Assembly: GCA_043228905.1 (NCBI GenBank)
Contig: JBHGNT010000001.1
Coordinates: forward strand, 13,020,001 to 13,084,000
Direction of reading: 5' to 3'
From: Azolla caroliniana
Lineage: Eukaryota; Plantae; Polypodiophyta
Length of the DNA stretch: 64,000 nucleotides
A program made the position numbers and the translations under genes. This document shows positions 12,550 to 24,508 of this stretch, piece after piece (position 1 is the stretch's first letter; every line of letters begins with the position of its first letter). The notes under the pieces are model-generated. The model made no database searches, was not told where the DNA came from, and saw nothing but the letters and a program-made list of their open reading frames with translations.

Positions 12550-15500
12550 ATGACTAGATCAACGCACGACCTGGTTACAGATCGAACTCGACGCCTTACC
12601 GAAAGGCAAAGGAGACGTGAGGCTTTCCAGTAAGCGGCGCAGGAAATTAGAGCGGATCGCTTGTTTTCCAATGTAATCCGGAGAGTAGCGGAGGACTCCC
12701 TCTGGTTACAGCAAACATCGCACCCGGACGACGGCAGCAGCCTAAGCAGCCTTCGGGAAACCGAATCCCTTCTCCAAGCGTTGGCAAACGGAGAAGGCGA
12801 AGCAGAAGCCTTTTCAGCGTATGAATCGAATTCCGAAGGGGAATACAACGTGCACACGAACTACCGTAGCAGCAATGAAACCCCGGGCGGACCGGAGGAC
12901 GAAGGATCAGACACCTTCCCGACATTGGAACCGGAATTGCTAAGGTTGGAACCTCCGGAACCAGCAGAGGAAGAGCGACCTCCGACACCGGAAGTCGAGG
13001 AGGAGAGGCCTCCGTCACCAAAAGAAGAGGAAAGACCACCGACGCCGGAAACAAATCAAGAAAGACCACCGACGCCGAAGAAAAACCAGGAACGACCACC
13101 AACACCGCTAGCCCGCGCACCGATACCGGACGACGACATGCCGTTCCAGTACTCCAAGTATAGAGATGATCCGAATGCGGAAGCTCATGTCCACGCCTTT
13201 GAACAGACATGGGAAGCAAACCATGTGTCCCAGCAATTGACCCCGGAGGAAGAGGAACGCTCTAAGATAGCGGAATTTGGCGTCACATTGGAGGGACCGG
13301 CAGCAAGATGGCGCCGGGCGCAGGACCTGTCTACCATCACCACCTTTGCAGATTTAAAAGGTAAATTCTTGCATTCTTTCCAAAAGGAGGTGGACTAGAC
13401 AGTAATGGTGGGCTTATTTTATACCATCCGACAGGAGGCAGGGGAGAGCATTCCCCAGTTTGTCATCCGGTTTCAACGGATGCATAGTCAGCTTGCCCGC
13501 GCACCCCCGGAGGAGGAATTACGGACTATATTTCTGAATGCGCTCCGGGAACCCCTACGCACGGTGTGCAAGGTAATTGACTTCCGCACAAGTACCATCG
13601 ACCAGGTCATTGACCGAGTGAGAGAGATGGAAAAGACAAGCTCTTGGCTCACACTGGGAGCACTTCAACGGGCGTTACCGTCCGATGAAGACCTCCGGTT
13701 TCGGCAAGCAATACAGTGCACAACCTGCTTGAATTCCGGACACTCGGCACTAGAATGCACTATGAGGACACAATGTGTAATCTTTCAATCCAAGGACCAT
13801 ACGACGGATAGGTGCGAGTATAATCTATTGAACCGGCAAGCACCGCCCGTCCGACAAATAGAGCCACGCAGCAACCGGGATGAAGAAGAGGAATGCTGGC
13901 GGCGAATGGACCGCGACCGACCGGCACAGGATGTCCGGTACGGCGATCGATGGGAGAATGATGTATGGTACGGTGATCGGCGGGATAACTATGACCGGCA
14001 TGATAGATATGATCGGTACCGGGATTACAATAGACGATACGAACATTACGACCGGGAGCACTCCCCCGGGTATCGTCAGCAACGGGAGGAATACGGCAGA
14101 TATAACGAGCAACCTCGTCAAGAGTACCGCAATAAGAAGAACTATAACAAAAAACGGCATTTCAAAAAAGGCGGCTACCCACGGGATCCGGAACAAGGAG
14201 CTTCAAGCAGCCAACCGGCCCAAAACCCCGCGCTTACCACAGGACCTGCCTCGGGTACAACAAACAATGCCGAATCCAACAATACCCAGAAAGCCTACTG
14301 CTACTACTACCGACAGGAAGGCCATTATAGTAATCAATGCCCGGTGAAGAGCTATGAAAAACGACCGGCAGTAAATATGGTAGTCCTTGAGGTGGCAGAT
14401 CTGCAGCAAGTACCCACAAGGTCGAAGGGCATGGCCAAGGAATGGGAGACACAGGAGACCATCCGGAAGCAAGCGACGGAATGGGTGAAGAAAGCAAACG
14501 AGCAGAATGTCACAGACTTACAGCGGCAAAAGGAGAACACCGTAGGGCTTGCCGGCGGCAGTCACTCCGAGAACGAGACATGGCAGGCGTTGCAAGAATG
14601 CCAGATTACGCTGCCACTAGGAAGACTCCTACAGCTCGTGCCAAGATTCACGGAAGGACTGAAGACGGCCATGACGGCAGGAGAATCATCACCGGCACCG
14701 GTACTCTTCTCGAATCCGAAGGAGGGACCAACGGTGGTGGACACCAATAGTCCGGTATTCACTGCCATTGTAAAAGGGAAAGAACTCCCCGGCACAGTTA
14801 TAGACGGAGGCTCCGGGGTGAATGTAATAAGCCTCCGGACATGTGATGCCCTGGGAATCCACGAGTGGGAGCCGTGTCCGTTCTGGTTACAGATGGCCGA
14901 TACAAGCGCAGTGCGGCCGACAGGATTAATACGAAAATTAGAAGTCACTGTTGGCGGTCACACATTTCACATCTCGGCAGTAGTGCTACAATTACAGGTA
15001 CAAGCCGCATACCCGCTATTGCTGGGGTGGCCGTGGTTGAAAACGGCACATATCAAACAGAATTGGAGGAAAAATATAATTACCTTCCAGCGAGGAAAAG
15101 CCAAGGTACGGGTACCAACACAGCCAAGGACGAGCACTGGCAAGGAATGTACACCGTTGTATGCAGAGTGCGTCAACATGCTAGAAGGGTTAGCTGACGA
15201 AGAAGAAGCTCAGTACTTGCAGGAAAACCCGAAGATCATACCCCTCTTCGAAATTGACATTGCCGAAGCAGTAGCACCATACTTACCGCAGCCGGAAGAG
15301 GCTGAAGCAGAACCAGATAAAGACGCAATCCGGGAGTTACGGCAAGCGCAGGAAGCGTTGGAACGGGAAATGGCCGTTTCACAGCGCGTAAAAGCGTCGC
15401 AACTGGAAGAGGTGAACCTAGGGACCACGGACGAAGCAAAACCGGTGCACATCACCAAGGAGATGAAGTCTGAAGACAAAACGGCGATGATCACACTTCT

Positions 15501-18234
15501 CACGGAATTTCGCGACGTGTTCGCCTGGTCATACGAAGACATGCGAGGACTTGACCCTCAGTTATACCAGCATCAGGTTCACTTGAGCAAGGATGCAAAA
15601 CCAGTGGCACAAAGACGGTACCGGATGAATCCCAATTATGCTGCCAAAGTCAAGGAGGAAATCGACAAACTGCTAAGAGTTGGCTTTATCCGTCCGGTAA
15701 AGAGAACGACATGGCTGAGCCCGATTGTAGTCGTACCGAAGAAGAACGGAAAAATTCGAGTTTGTGTGGACTACCGGAAACTCAATGCGGCTACGGTAAC
15801 GGATGCGTTTTCATTCCCGTTCACAGATGGAGTGTTGGATGTCGTCGCCGGCCATGAGGTCTATAGCTTTCTAGACAGATTCAGCGGGTATAATCAGATC
15901 CGGATGCACCCCGACGACCAAGAGAAAACGGTTTTCGTCACCGAATGGGGGGTGTTTGTGGCCGTGGTGATGATGTTCAGACTCAAAACCGCACCGACAA
16001 CATTTCAACAAATCATCATGGAAATCTTTGGTGAATATATCCCGGCTTTTATGCAGGTTTTCCTTGACGATTTCGCCGTCTATAGCCGGGAGGAGGACCA
16101 TTTTCAGCACCTCCGTCTTTGTCTAGAAAAGTGTAGAGCATACCGGCTAAGCTTGAATTCGGCAAAGTGTGTATGTGGCGTGTCCAGTGGAACCTTATTA
16201 GGACATATTGTGAGCTAGGAAGGTATTGCAGTCGACCCGGACAAGGTGAAAGCCATATTAGAAGCACCGGCGCCGGCAACGGCAAAGGCATTGAGCCGGT
16301 TCTTAGGCCAGATCCGGTGGCACAGCTGGATGCTCCGATACTTGGCCGACCTGGCTACACCGTTGCATGCCGCCGTACATCAGACACCATTCCAGTGGAC
16401 CGACACCGAGGATAGGGCGTATAGGGCCCTCAAGGTACTATTGTCGCAAACACCGGTAGTGCAGCCACTGGATTGGAGTAAAGAATTTCATGTGTTCGTA
16501 GACGCCTCCGACATCACAATCGGAAGCGTACTGATGCAGCTTACGGAGCCAAAGTGGTACCGGCCAGTGTACTATGCCAGTCGAAAGCTATCCCAAGCGG
16601 AATGGAACTACTCTACCATGGAACGGGAAGCTCTAGGGATGATCTACAATGTGACAAAGTTTCGGCATTATTTATTGGGAAGGAAGTTTTCCTTCCATGT
16701 AGATCATTCGGCACTCCTTTACCTGGTGTCCAAAGCGTCACTCACCGGTAAGTTGGCCCGGTCGACCTTACTGTTATAGGAATTCGAGTTCGACATATTC
16801 CACCGACCCGGGATACAGCATGTCGTAGCAGATTACTTAAGCCGATTAGAGTCCGGAGAGACGGGTGACGGAGTAGCGGACGAGTTTCCGGATGCGGAGC
16901 TGTTTCGAGTCACTACGGAAACGGCAGCAGATGAGACGGTGGCACAGGAAGACAAGTGGCTCACAAATATGCACCAGTTTCTGAGCACAGGACTGCCTCC
17001 GGAAGAGATGAACCGGGACGAAAGGAAATGCCTGGCGGTGCAAAGCCGACATTTCTACTTACTGCAAGACACACTTTACCACAAGGGCGCGGACAGCATA
17101 TGGAGACGGGCTGTGTGTTGCGATGAAAAGGACCTCATACTAAGGGAAGCCCACTGCGGAGTTGCCGGAGGTCACTATGCCGGAGATGCGACGGCCAGGA
17201 AAATATGGCAAAGTGGCCTATGGTGGCCAAAGACATTAAGAGATGTGGTACAGTACGCAAAAGAATGTGACCTATGCCAGCCAACGGAGCAGGTTCGTAT
17301 GCCACACCAGCTTGTACTACCACTCGAGCCATTCCAGAAGTGGGGGCTGGACTTTGTTGGACCGTTCAAACCACCGGCAATGAGAACAGGTAATCGGTAC
17401 GTCATCGTCGCGACGGATTACTGCACGAAATGGGTGGAGGCCAAAGCCTTAAGAGACAACACCACTGCGTCAACAGCAAAATTTCTATAAGAGTACATCT
17501 GGTGCCGTTACGGATGCCCAATCGAATTAATAAGCGACCAAGGGGGACACTTTCTCGGCCAAGTAGTTGAAAGCCTGACGACATTCTATGCCGTTGTCCA
17601 TAAACGGAGCACACCATACTATCCGCAAGCAAACGGGTTAGCTGAATCGACGAACAAAACGCTCCAGAATATCCTCCGGAAGATCGTCAACGAAAACCAA
17701 ACGGATTGGGATACCAAGCTACATAGCGCGCTTTGGGCATACCAGACAGCATACAAAACGAGCATCCAAACAACATCGTTCCAGTTAGCGTTCGGACTAG
17801 AGGCGGTAATGCCGGTGGAATTCCAAGTACCCAACTTACGGATCCAGCTACGGGAACGGCTGAACGAGAAGGAGTAGGAGGCAATACAGTTAACATCGCT
17901 GTGTGAACTCGAGGAACAACGACTGGCAAGCATCCTGCACTTAGAATTGGAACAACGGCGACGGAAAGCATTTGTCGACCGGCACAGGAAAGGAAATGAA
18001 AAAATGTTTGCAATCGGCAAGCCTGTGTTAGTATTTCAGACCCGGATGGGCAAGATGTCGAGTAAACTACGGTTTAGATGGACCGGCCCGTATTAGCTGA
18101 CACGTGAGTATAATGGGTCCTACCAGTTAGGGACACTTGCCGGTGAAGTGCTAGGCAAATGGGTCAACGAATTCCGATTGAAGCCATATAGAGGACCAAT
18201 GCCCAAAAACCCATTTGGAAATGGCAACCTGTGA
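12550..18234 (+). pseudogene. Athila-like gag-pol polyprotein (gag, zinc knuckles, protease, RT, RNase H, integrase) in one frame with several in-frame stops
   Basis: ORF-track segments 12661, 13405, 16246 and 16939 share one frame. IDGGSGVNV; RVCVDYRKLN; VFLDDF; YYASRKL; WGLDFVGP; RWTGPY. No chromodomain and no second RNase H seen. Confidence 0.88.
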
Positions 18235-18718
18235 GGGGAACGGCAACCACCAAGACGGAGGAGACGGCAAGCCGGTAACAGGGGAGAATGAGGCGACGGC
18301 AAACCGTAATGAGGCCGGTAAGGGTCCGATAGGACCAACGGACAAGTAACCTCACACTAACAAAAAAAAAAAACTGAAGTAATCATGCAAAAGCGAGGTA
18401 TGAATGGACGAGAGAGCGAGGAGCAAAAAGGTACGTAGTGGGCATTTAAGCGCCACCACAGGACATAATGCTATTTTAGTACACAATGTGCACACACTCG
18501 AAAAAGGCGTCAGAATGCACAGAGAAAAACCATTGCGCGTGGAAACCCTCTACTTTCGCGAACCCAGGAGCACAGAAGCACCAAGGCGCTGCAAGATCAT
18601 CAGACGAGAACCTACGCACAGAGAACCCAGAGAACCCTTGCCTTCTGAACTCTCTCTCTCTCACTCTCACTCTCATCACCAGCCAACCTCGCCACCACAA
18701 TCCGACCTCGACACAGAC

Positions 18719-20890
18719 ATGGACCCGCAGACGTTGTCGGAAGCTGCCAAGAAATGGCTAAAGCAACACGGGCTCGAGGGCTTCTTGATGATTATGGAGG
18801 TACCGCCACACAAAGAAGCCGACAAGGTGACCAAAGAAATCGACACAGAGGTCATAACGGCGGAGGCGATATGTGCGTTAACAGGCCTTCCGGAGGGAGG
18901 CATACTCACGATTGACAACCCGACCTCGGAGCAACTCATCAAGTATTTTGGTGAGTACTCCCTAGCCAGCAAGGGCTACCGGACACAGGGCAGTGGAGAT
19001 ATGTTGTTCCGCGAGATTGCTCGTGTGCTCCACGAATACGGCCATGTGTACCCTAGACCCCCTGTCATGCCACAGAACCGGGCAGGGATGATCATCACCA
19101 CCTATGAAGGGATCAAGGTGGATTGGCCGGTATTGATCGCAAACGGTTTGTGTGCGGAGATCAAGATCGTCAGAGGCAAAGACGGCAAAGAAGGCCGAGA
19201 CGGACGGAGGATAGGGCACGCCGTAACGCAGTGGCTCACCTTACTTGTGCCACCCGTCCAGCCCGTCCAGCCCAAGAAGCGGGGAAGAGTGGCGGACGGC
19301 ACCCCAAAGACTGCTTCCAAAAGACAACAGTTGTTGGCCTCTAAGGCCACTAAGGGGAAGGCGGCGGACGCAGAACAGGCGGGAAAGGAGAGCGCCAGCC
19401 GGAAGCGGCCAACGGACGCGCAGGAGGAAACACCGGTACGGCTCGTAAAGGTTACACTCCGCCGACCGGTGAATAGAGAAGCGGACTCCTTGGCGGCAAA
19501 ACTCAATGCCGAGACTCAGGAAGAGGAAATAGAGGAGGAGCCTACAGAGCACCTCCAGTGACGGTCGTCGGCAAGGACCGTTGAGGCAGCCGAGAAACGT
19601 TCGGACCCTCAGACAGAGGGAACACCGGCTCCCCATACTGAGACTCCCACGCCAAGGGAGAAACCGGAACCGATGCGCACGGCACCGGAATCAGAAGCCC
19701 CTGCACCACCGGCAACACCGGCAAGTTCCATCCCGCCAAAGCCGAAAAGGTCAATGCAGCCTTCCTCGGCCAACCAAGAAGAAGCGCAAGGGGAACCAGG
19801 ACAGCAGGGTGGTCCACGGGCAGAAACGAAATTGCAACTCGGCGCAATCAAGCGGGACCACCCATCTACAAGCGAGCCCATCCGTCAAACCTCCGTGCAA
19901 ACGCAACAGCAAGGCACCGGTAGCCTGTGGCTCCGGTGGATAGGCGAACAGATTGTCAGAGCAGTGGGGTATATTGAGGCGGAAGAAAGAGCGCAAAGCG
20001 AACGGTTGCTCGTCACAACCGAACAACTAGAGACAGCCCGGTTCAGAATCCGGTGCCTTGAAAAAGACTTGGATCAGGCCATGGCAGAGGTGGCCAAAAT
20101 GGCCTTAACGGCAACACAGATCCAATCACCGGTGACTCTGGTAAGTGTACAGAATAAAGAAACAGATCAAATTGTACATACCAATAAGACCCCGGCAACG
20201 GAAACCGTTCCAGAGAGAGATGTGGCACAAGCCCAAGAGCTTGCGGAATTGAGAGATGAACTTGCCGCACAAGAAGCGCTAAGGAGCCGGGAACGGGAAT
20301 TGAAGACAGCGGCTGAATCAAAATTAAAGAAAACTGCTGAGAACCTCCGCCGGGCAGAGGAGAGCCTCCGGAAAGGCCATCAAGCGTACGACCGGCTAAG
20401 GGAGGAAAAAGACAAAGTGCTGCAGGAAAAGGACAAGCTGCGGAAGACGGCGGAAACGGAAATTGAACGGCTAAAGGAAGAGCTCCGCCAGCAGAAGGAC
20501 CGCGAGGATCAGGTCCGTCAACAGATCAACGCATGGCTCAAGCAAAAGACAGATGATTTTGAGCACCTGCACCGGGACTACAAACGGCTAGAGCATAAGG
20601 AACGGATGGTCGAGCTCCAGCAGGAAGTTGATCGGGCCGCGACGGCGATCGCCGACGAACGTGCGGAAAATACAAGACAGTTGGACGAGGCGGAGAAGGT
20701 CCGGATGGAGCTCCAGAGGCAGCAGCAGGAAGAAAAGGAGAGAGCGTCAACGGTATTGCAAAAATTACAAAGCACATATCAAAGGCAATTGACGCATTAC
20801 AAGGAGCAGGCGGAAGATAACGTCAAAATCATCAAGCAACTGAAGGAGGAACGGCAAGCTGTGGAGATCAAATCGCAGCTGTGGAGAAAA
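18719..20890 (+). pseudogene. Extra 3' ORF of the Athila-like element (globular N-terminus, low-complexity linker, long coiled coil); one internal stop, cut by the TIR end
   Basis: ORFs 18404-19561 and 19673-20899 share a frame with a single TGA at 19559; ATG MDPQTL at 18719; E/K/R/Q-rich heptad-like C-terminal half. Confidence 0.7.
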
Positions 20891-21215
20891 CGTATTTAAC
20901 GTATTTTTAAATTGGGAGGTACTATACGTGTATTAATACGTTAAATACGTATGGTATCCATACCATACCTAACGTACCTAACAACCTTGGTTTGGTGAAG
21001 ATATAGAGCACGAGGTCGTTGCCTCTGTGCCTCTACTTTGTATTTCCTCTCATATAGTGATAGTTGGAGTCCCTGGGCTCCCGTGGTTTTTCCCTATTAG
21101 GGTTTTCCACGTAAATATTTTGTGTACTCTCTACTTCCCATTTCTGTGTTTCATTCCCATTTCTATGATTCAAGATTCGGTTGTGGCCGAGCAATATTCC
21201 GCGCTATTCTTCACA

Positions 21216-23096
21216 CCTAGAAGTTCTTTTAGACGACTTACATGAAAAACTGGATGAATTTCAACACCATCGAGAAGAGCGAGACGATAGGTTGATGAAC
21301 CAATGCGTTTGAGGACTTGGAAAGGTCCACAAAACCGTGGGGCTAACTTAGCGCACTTACCCGTAGACAATGTCTTAGAATTGTGAGGTACACATAAAAA
21401 TACCTTCTATCCAGGGTTGAATACACGATGTTGCCTATTATGATCGGCGTAACCACGCGCTCTACCTTGAGCTGTTTTTATATTATCTCGTGCAATATGC
21501 AACATATCTTGCATATCCCGAAGAAAGTTTTGCGTACTTCGCAACTCATCATGATGTATATTAGCATCAATTGGGGCTCGTGGCTGAAAACCATACATGA
21601 ACATAAAAGGACTATATCCCCTCGATTATATGCTTGGAGTTGTTATAAGCAAACTCCAAAATTGGGAGATAACGTTCCCATTTTGTTGGTTTTGCACTAA
21701 CGTATGCTTGAAACATGTCCTCAATAATTTGATTTACTCGTTCAATCTGTACATCGGATTGAGGATGATCCATGGAGCTCATGCTCAACGTAGTTTCTAA
21801 CTTCTTAAAGACTTGCGTCTAGAAGTCACTAGTAAATTTTGGATCTCGATCACTCACGATATCCATCGGTAACCCATAAATACGAAATAACTCGTCAACG
21901 AATTGGTAAGCCAATTCAGGAGCTCTTACCATGGTTTTAGTAGCAATAAATCTGGCCATTTTAGTTAGTCTATCAACCACAACCAAGCTGGCATCATGGC
22001 CTTTTTGGGTGCGAGGAAGGCTAACAATAAAATCCATGGATATAGTTTCCCACTTATTATTGGGAATGTCCAAGGGATGTAAAAGTCATGCGGCCTTGTT
22101 AACCTAACATTGGTGAAATTTAGTCACATAGCTACACAAGACACATCTTAGGCCAATAGAATTGAGTGGAGATGAGAACGAGTGTACGATGTATTCCAGG
22201 GTGCCATGCTGAGGGTGCATCATGGCATTCAAAAAGAATTCTCTTTTAGACCACAGGCAAAATCTAGAACACAAACCTTCCCATTACGGTAGAGCAGATC
22301 GTTAGCAATGTGGAAGGATTCCTTCGAGGATGTGGTGGTGTCTATTCCAGACTCAACTCTTGCCAAGTATTTCGCAAAATAATTGTCATCAGGATACTTT
22401 CCTCGAAGGTGATCATAAAGATTTGATGTTATTTCAATGAAGTTAAGCATGTTAACTTCACGAATGCGGCTTAATGCATCAGGGACAATGTTCATGGAAC
22501 CTTTACGATATCGTATGGAAAAATCAAAGTCCTGGATGAGATCGGCCCATTGTGCCTTACGACCTTTCAGGTCTTGTTGGTCACAAAAATATTTCAAGAA
22601 CTCGTGGTTCGTAGTTACCACAAAACGATTTCCATAAAGATAATGGCACCATGTTTTGAGTGCATGTATAACTACAAATAATTCTTTTTCTTGAACCGTA
22701 TACCGACATTGAGCAGAATCAAGTTTCTTACTCTCGAATGCTATTGGTTTACCATCTTGATATAATACAACACATATTGCATAATCGCTTGCATCAGTTT
22801 CAACTTCAAAAGGTTTTGAAGGATCAGGTAAAAGAAGTGAAGGAGCCTTGCACACCAAGTCCTTGAGTTCCTTAAAGACGAGGTCTAGTGTAGCATTCCA
22901 CACAATAGGTTTTGTATACTTACGCGTTTAACCTTTTAGAAGTTCAGTAAACGGCGTCACCAATTGGGAGTAATTCTGAAGGGATTTTCGCAAAAACCCG
23001 ACAAAACCAAGGAATGATTGAACTTCTCGAATATTCCAAAGAGTGGGCCAAAGTTTGATTTTCTCGATGCGGGAAGGATCAATTTCAACTCCTCGT
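21216..23096 (-). pseudogene. Chromoviral Ty3/gypsy pol remnant (RT end, RNase H, integrase)
   Basis: FEVETDASDYA, AFESKKL, WETISMDFI, VVVDRLTKMA, IVSDRDPKFTS, LAPRFCGPF, HPVFHVSRLK; continues into 1-244. Confidence 0.88.
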
Positions 23097-24297
23097 TGTC
23101 GTGTGGTTTTTCACACACGATATGAAAATTAGTAAATTAATTATTTAAGATTAGCTTAATGGATTGATATGGAAAGATAGATATCATCAAGAGCTTCATA
23201 ACGCATTTTACTACACATAAAACGGAGAAACAAGTATCAAGTTATGTGAGAGTGAAGTTTGAGAAGATTAGGAAAACAAACTGTGAGACATCCCACATAG
23301 ATAGGACAACATTAGATCCCCATAGTATATAAGGAGAGCCAGAACCTATTACTTTATGTCTATGTGTGAAGCATAGAAAGTTTAAGGTGACTTGGGCTAA
23401 ATTGTGTGGATGAATGACTCAAATGGTTTTAGGTCACGGCTTTATCAGCCACAGCGTACGGCCTGGTCGGGACGTGCGTGTCTGCAGGCGTGTACACGGC
23501 TCGGTCGGGATGCGCATGTGTGCGGATGCGTACACAGCGCAGTCAGGACGCGTGTGTGTGTTGATGCGTACACGGGGCGGTCGGGACGCGCGCGCGGATG
23601 CGTACATTGTGCGGTTGGGATTTGCGCACACGGATGCGTCTACAGTTCGGTTGCAACACAAGGTTTGGTTGCGACGCACGGGCTGAACTTTATGGATGAT
23701 TGGATCATGTGGCCGAATTATACGAACGGTCGAATGCAACTAAAAGTAAATGTCAAACAACTAAAAAATGAGGCCATGCAACTAAAAGTAAAGGCGAAGC
23801 AACTAAAAAAGGAGGCCATGCAACTAAAAATGGAGGTCATGCAACTAAAAGGGGACGCATGCAAAGGAACATAGGAGGCTATGATCAACAAAGAACTCCG
23901 TATATGTTCCACTCTTTTTTTTCTCTAGTTTTTTTTCTTTAGTTCCTTGGAGGAAAAATAATCTCTTATATTCATATCGGACCACTCCTTACATGGTTGG
24001 TGGTATCCTTCTTTTCAAGAATAATCTCTCATATTCATATCGGACCACTCCTTACATGGTTGTTGGCTCCTTTCTTTTAAGAATGATCATTTATATTCAT
24101 ATCCAATCCATTGTAACATGATTCTAGAATTATAAAGAGTCTATTTTTTCTTTTGCAAGAAACGAACGTTTTCTCCCTCCTACTTGTCTTATGTTCAAAT
24201 ATTGCTTGTGTTGTACGGGTGAGCACTATATCCTTCTAGTCCATAACCCTGGTGGTTCCGCCTCATGATCCGCTCATAGTGATGGATTATCATGACA
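23097..24297 (+). repeat. 1.2-kb 5' LTR of element D with internal tandem repeats
   Basis: 21-bp ATGCAACTAAAA-type repeats ~23735-23860, ~62-bp units x3 ~23957-24120, GC-rich degenerate repeats ~23455-23680; followed by the Trp PBS. Confidence 0.8.
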
Positions 24298-24508
24298 TAA
24301 TTAAGTGGTGAACCCGACGTGAAGAGGCGGTAGGGAGGTATTGTTGGGAGACAGGTCCCTCCGAATGGGTAAGGAGAAGAACAGTGCCAATGAACAAACT
24401 CGGCCGAGGCCGAAACCGTATGAGGAGTACCCGGCTACGGAGAGCCGGATGGTGTAGACCCGGTATGAACCGGATGAGGAGTACCCGGCTACGGAGAGTC
24501 GGATGGTG

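Larger units (their letters stand above)
11385..20890 (+). mobile_element. Athila-like non-chromoviral Ty3/gypsy element, 3'-truncated
   Basis: Putative LTR start TGTTACC at 11385, LTR end ...TTAACA(CA) ~12496-12498, PBS-like TGGCAACCACG 12504-12514, single-frame gag-pol and an extra 3' ORF. No 3' LTR. Confidence 0.75.
11298..20989. mobile_element. hAT-like non-autonomous TIR element (~90-100-bp ends) inserted in the copia A 3' LTR and enclosing 9.5 kb of gypsy sequence
   Basis: TIRs CATGGTTGTT / AACAACCTTG; inverted subterminal motifs (GTATTTAAC, GTATAGTACCTC); 8-bp TSD GTCTGGCG (11290-11297) / GTTTGGTG (20990-20997, two C>T). No transposase seen. Confidence 0.7.
245..21215 (+). mobile_element. 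Ty1/copia element A (degenerate, carrying several nested insertions)
   Basis: 5' LTR 245-789 (TGTTGG...TTCACA), PBS-like TGGTATCCAAGC at 793, PPT GAAGGGGGAGA ~10999-11009. The 3' LTR 11011-21215 is split by a TIR element. 5-bp TSD CCTAG at 240-244 and 21216-21220. Confidence 0.93.

Noticed and set aside
13396-13398. TAG between gag segments as a programmed read-through site
   Set aside because: It is one of several in-frame stops along a decayed ORF, consistent with CAG>TAG mutation.
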